Assembly: GCA_950097015.1 (NCBI GenBank)
Contig: CATNEN010000032.1
Coordinates: 2,666,001 to 2,730,000 of the forward strand
DNA length: 64,000 nucleotides
Source of the DNA: Macrostomum hystrix
Taxonomy: Eukaryota; Animalia; Platyhelminthes
Direction: 5' to 3'
The first letter of the stretch is position 1; every line of letters begins with the position of its first letter. Below are positions 62,293 through 64,000 of this stretch, in pieces. The translations under genes were made by a program, and so were the position numbers. Under the pieces are notes generated by a model. It searched no databases, was not told where the DNA came from, and was given only the letters and a program-made list of their open reading frames with translations.

Positions 62293-62924
62293 CAGGGGTC
62301 GGCAAACTTATTAGCTAGCGGGCCAAATAGAGAACATAAAAGACGACAGCGGGCCGCATTGACTGTAAAAATATGAGACAATGTAGAGATTAGACACAGG
62401 AGAGATGTGACACGGGAGAGATGAGACACAGGAGAGACGAGACACGGGAGAGATGAGACAGGGAAGAGATGAGACAGGGAAGAGACGAGACACTGAAGAG
62501 ATGAGACGGGAGAGATGAGACACGGGAGAGTTGAGACGCGGGAGAGATGAGACACGGGAGAGTTGAGACGCGGGAGAGATGAGACACGGGAGAGTTGAGA
62601 CGCGGGAGAGATGAGACACGGGAGAGTTGAGACGCGGGAGAGTTGAGACAGGGGAGAGATGAGACGCGGGAGAGTTGAGACAGGGGAGAGATGAGACGCG
62701 GGAGAGTTGAGACAGGGAAGAGACGAGACACTGAAGAGATGAGACGGGAGAGATGAGACACGGGAGAGTTGAGACGCGGGAGAGATGAGACGCGGGAGAG
62801 AAAGGACACAGGTGACAGGGGATAGACGAGACAGGATACTGTAGGTGTCGGAATGGGCAACGGGCCGGATTTGGGAGCTTCGAGGGCCGCATTTGGCCCG
62901 CGGGCCGGAGTTTGCCGACCCCTG
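62293..62924 (+). mobile_element. hAT-type MITE with internal minisatellite, copy 4 (632 bp)
   Basis: TIRs CAGGGGTCGGCAAACT / AGTTTGCCGACCCCTG; perfect 8-bp TSD GCTTAGAC. Confidence 0.93.
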
Positions 62925-63324
62925 GCTTAGACGAATTCAGTTTAGCAGAAGACACTCTGAGCGATGTTCAGAGTACAGCTAGATGTACATTCAGTCCTGA
63001 TAGCAGATAAGATATGGTCTCTATTAACCAACTCTATTAAAGAAGCCTGCGAGCAATGGCGATCATTTTCTGTCTCGCCGGTTAAGAAGCAAACAGTTAA
63101 TTTTACTGAATACAAAAATAGGGCCTAGTTTAATATAAAACTAATATAATTTTGTGACTTTTTTATTCTAAAAGCAGCTGTTAATATTTGTCACTAAATT
63201 ACTGTATAGAAACTGGTTGTATTACATATAAAATAGAAAGCTGTTGGTTTATACAAAATGTACTTTATAATCTATCAAATCTTAATTTGTCTGTCAAAGT
63301 GTGTTTAAGGGGCCCAATAAATAT

Positions 63325-63600
63325 ATTAATTGCAGGAGGGCTGCGGGCAATGGTACATCATTTGGTGACACTAGACCCGCAGCAGAATCAAGGTGATTCT
63401 GCCAATTTCGCTGACTCCTGAGCACACACGCACACAGATACCGAACGCAGGTACACTCTCACAGAAGTGTGTACGTTTGCCCTGACTTTGTCATCGTCAG
63501 GCAGTGTACACTCTCACTGTGCTTTGGAGGTTGGCCCTCAAGGGCGTAATGGCACGACAAGACCCCAAGCCTTCTCTCCGCGGCACGCCACAAATTAATT
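63325..63600 (-). mobile_element. SINE family A copy, 5' truncated
   Basis: TTGCAGGAGGGCTGCGGGCAATGG...GGAGGTTGGCCCTCAAGGGCG matches the other copies; tRNA-like head is missing. Confidence 0.8.
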
Positions 63601-63683
63601 AAGACGCGTTAACCGATCCGCCACTCACCCCCTGACAGCCTGACAGCTAATAACAGTTCTTAGAAACCTGCGTCTGTCCGCAG

Positions 63684-64000
63684 CAGCCGTCAGTGGGCCT
63701 GTACCACTTCAGTCGACGGCTGGAGCTGCGCCGCTGCATGCTCTGCGACTCGGTTGGCCACGTCTCCGACGTTGTGTCGCTCAGCCGACTGGAGCCGGCC
63801 GATTACGAGACCCTGTTAAACAGCGGCTGGCGACGCCGGGAGCGGACAGTGTACCGCCTGCGGCCTGACACCACCTGCTGTCCGCAGTTCCCGCTGCGCT
63901 ACGAAGCGGCCGCATTCCGCCCGAGTCGAAGCCAACGCCGCGCCCTGCAACGGCTGCAGGCCAGCCTGCTGACCGAGGGCAATCATCAAGCCGATACTCA
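63684..64000 (+). CDS. ATE1: Arginyl-tRNA--protein transferase-like, 5' part; runs off the window
   Basis: QPSVGLY...RCMLC...DYETLLNSGWRRRERTVYR..DTTCCPQFPLR....FRPSRSQRRALQRL resembles the ATE1 N-domain (RCGYC; [42 protein letters not shown]). Acceptor TGTCCGCAG at 63683. Confidence 0.82.

Overview
Eukaryotic (metazoan) genomic DNA with GC-rich exons. About one third of the window (hand estimate ~21 kb) is short-unit tandem repeats lying mostly in introns and UTRs. This architecture and the gene set suggest a free-living flatworm such as Macrostomum; that is inference and is not proven by the sequence. Genes reconstructed by hand with phase-consistent splice sites: last exon of an innexin; a rhodanese; a DmsR/myosuppressin-receptor-like GPCR with a 9.8 kb intron; an intron-containing histone H2A variant; lysosomal alpha-mannosidase; SAP130; an unrecognised ~980 aa helical protein with a PAN+C-type lectin gene nested antisense in its first intron; the mitochondrial SAM carrier SLC25A26; and the 5' end of an ATE1-like gene. 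Mobile DNA: four copies of a hAT MITE carrying a variable-length minisatellite, a second hAT MITE, two tRNA-derived SINE families and a 787 bp solo LTR. Strongest leads: (1) the H2A variant hosts two paralogous box C/D snoRNAs, one per intron, with an identical 14-nt guide against large-subunit rRNA; (2) its N-terminal tail carries KAARKSTG, a hybrid of the histone H3 K27 and K9 motifs; (3) SLC25A26 and probably ATE1 have no usable genomic start codon but begin at a phase-0 splice acceptor, as expected if the AUG-ending flatworm spliced leader supplies the initiator Met within an operon-like cluster.
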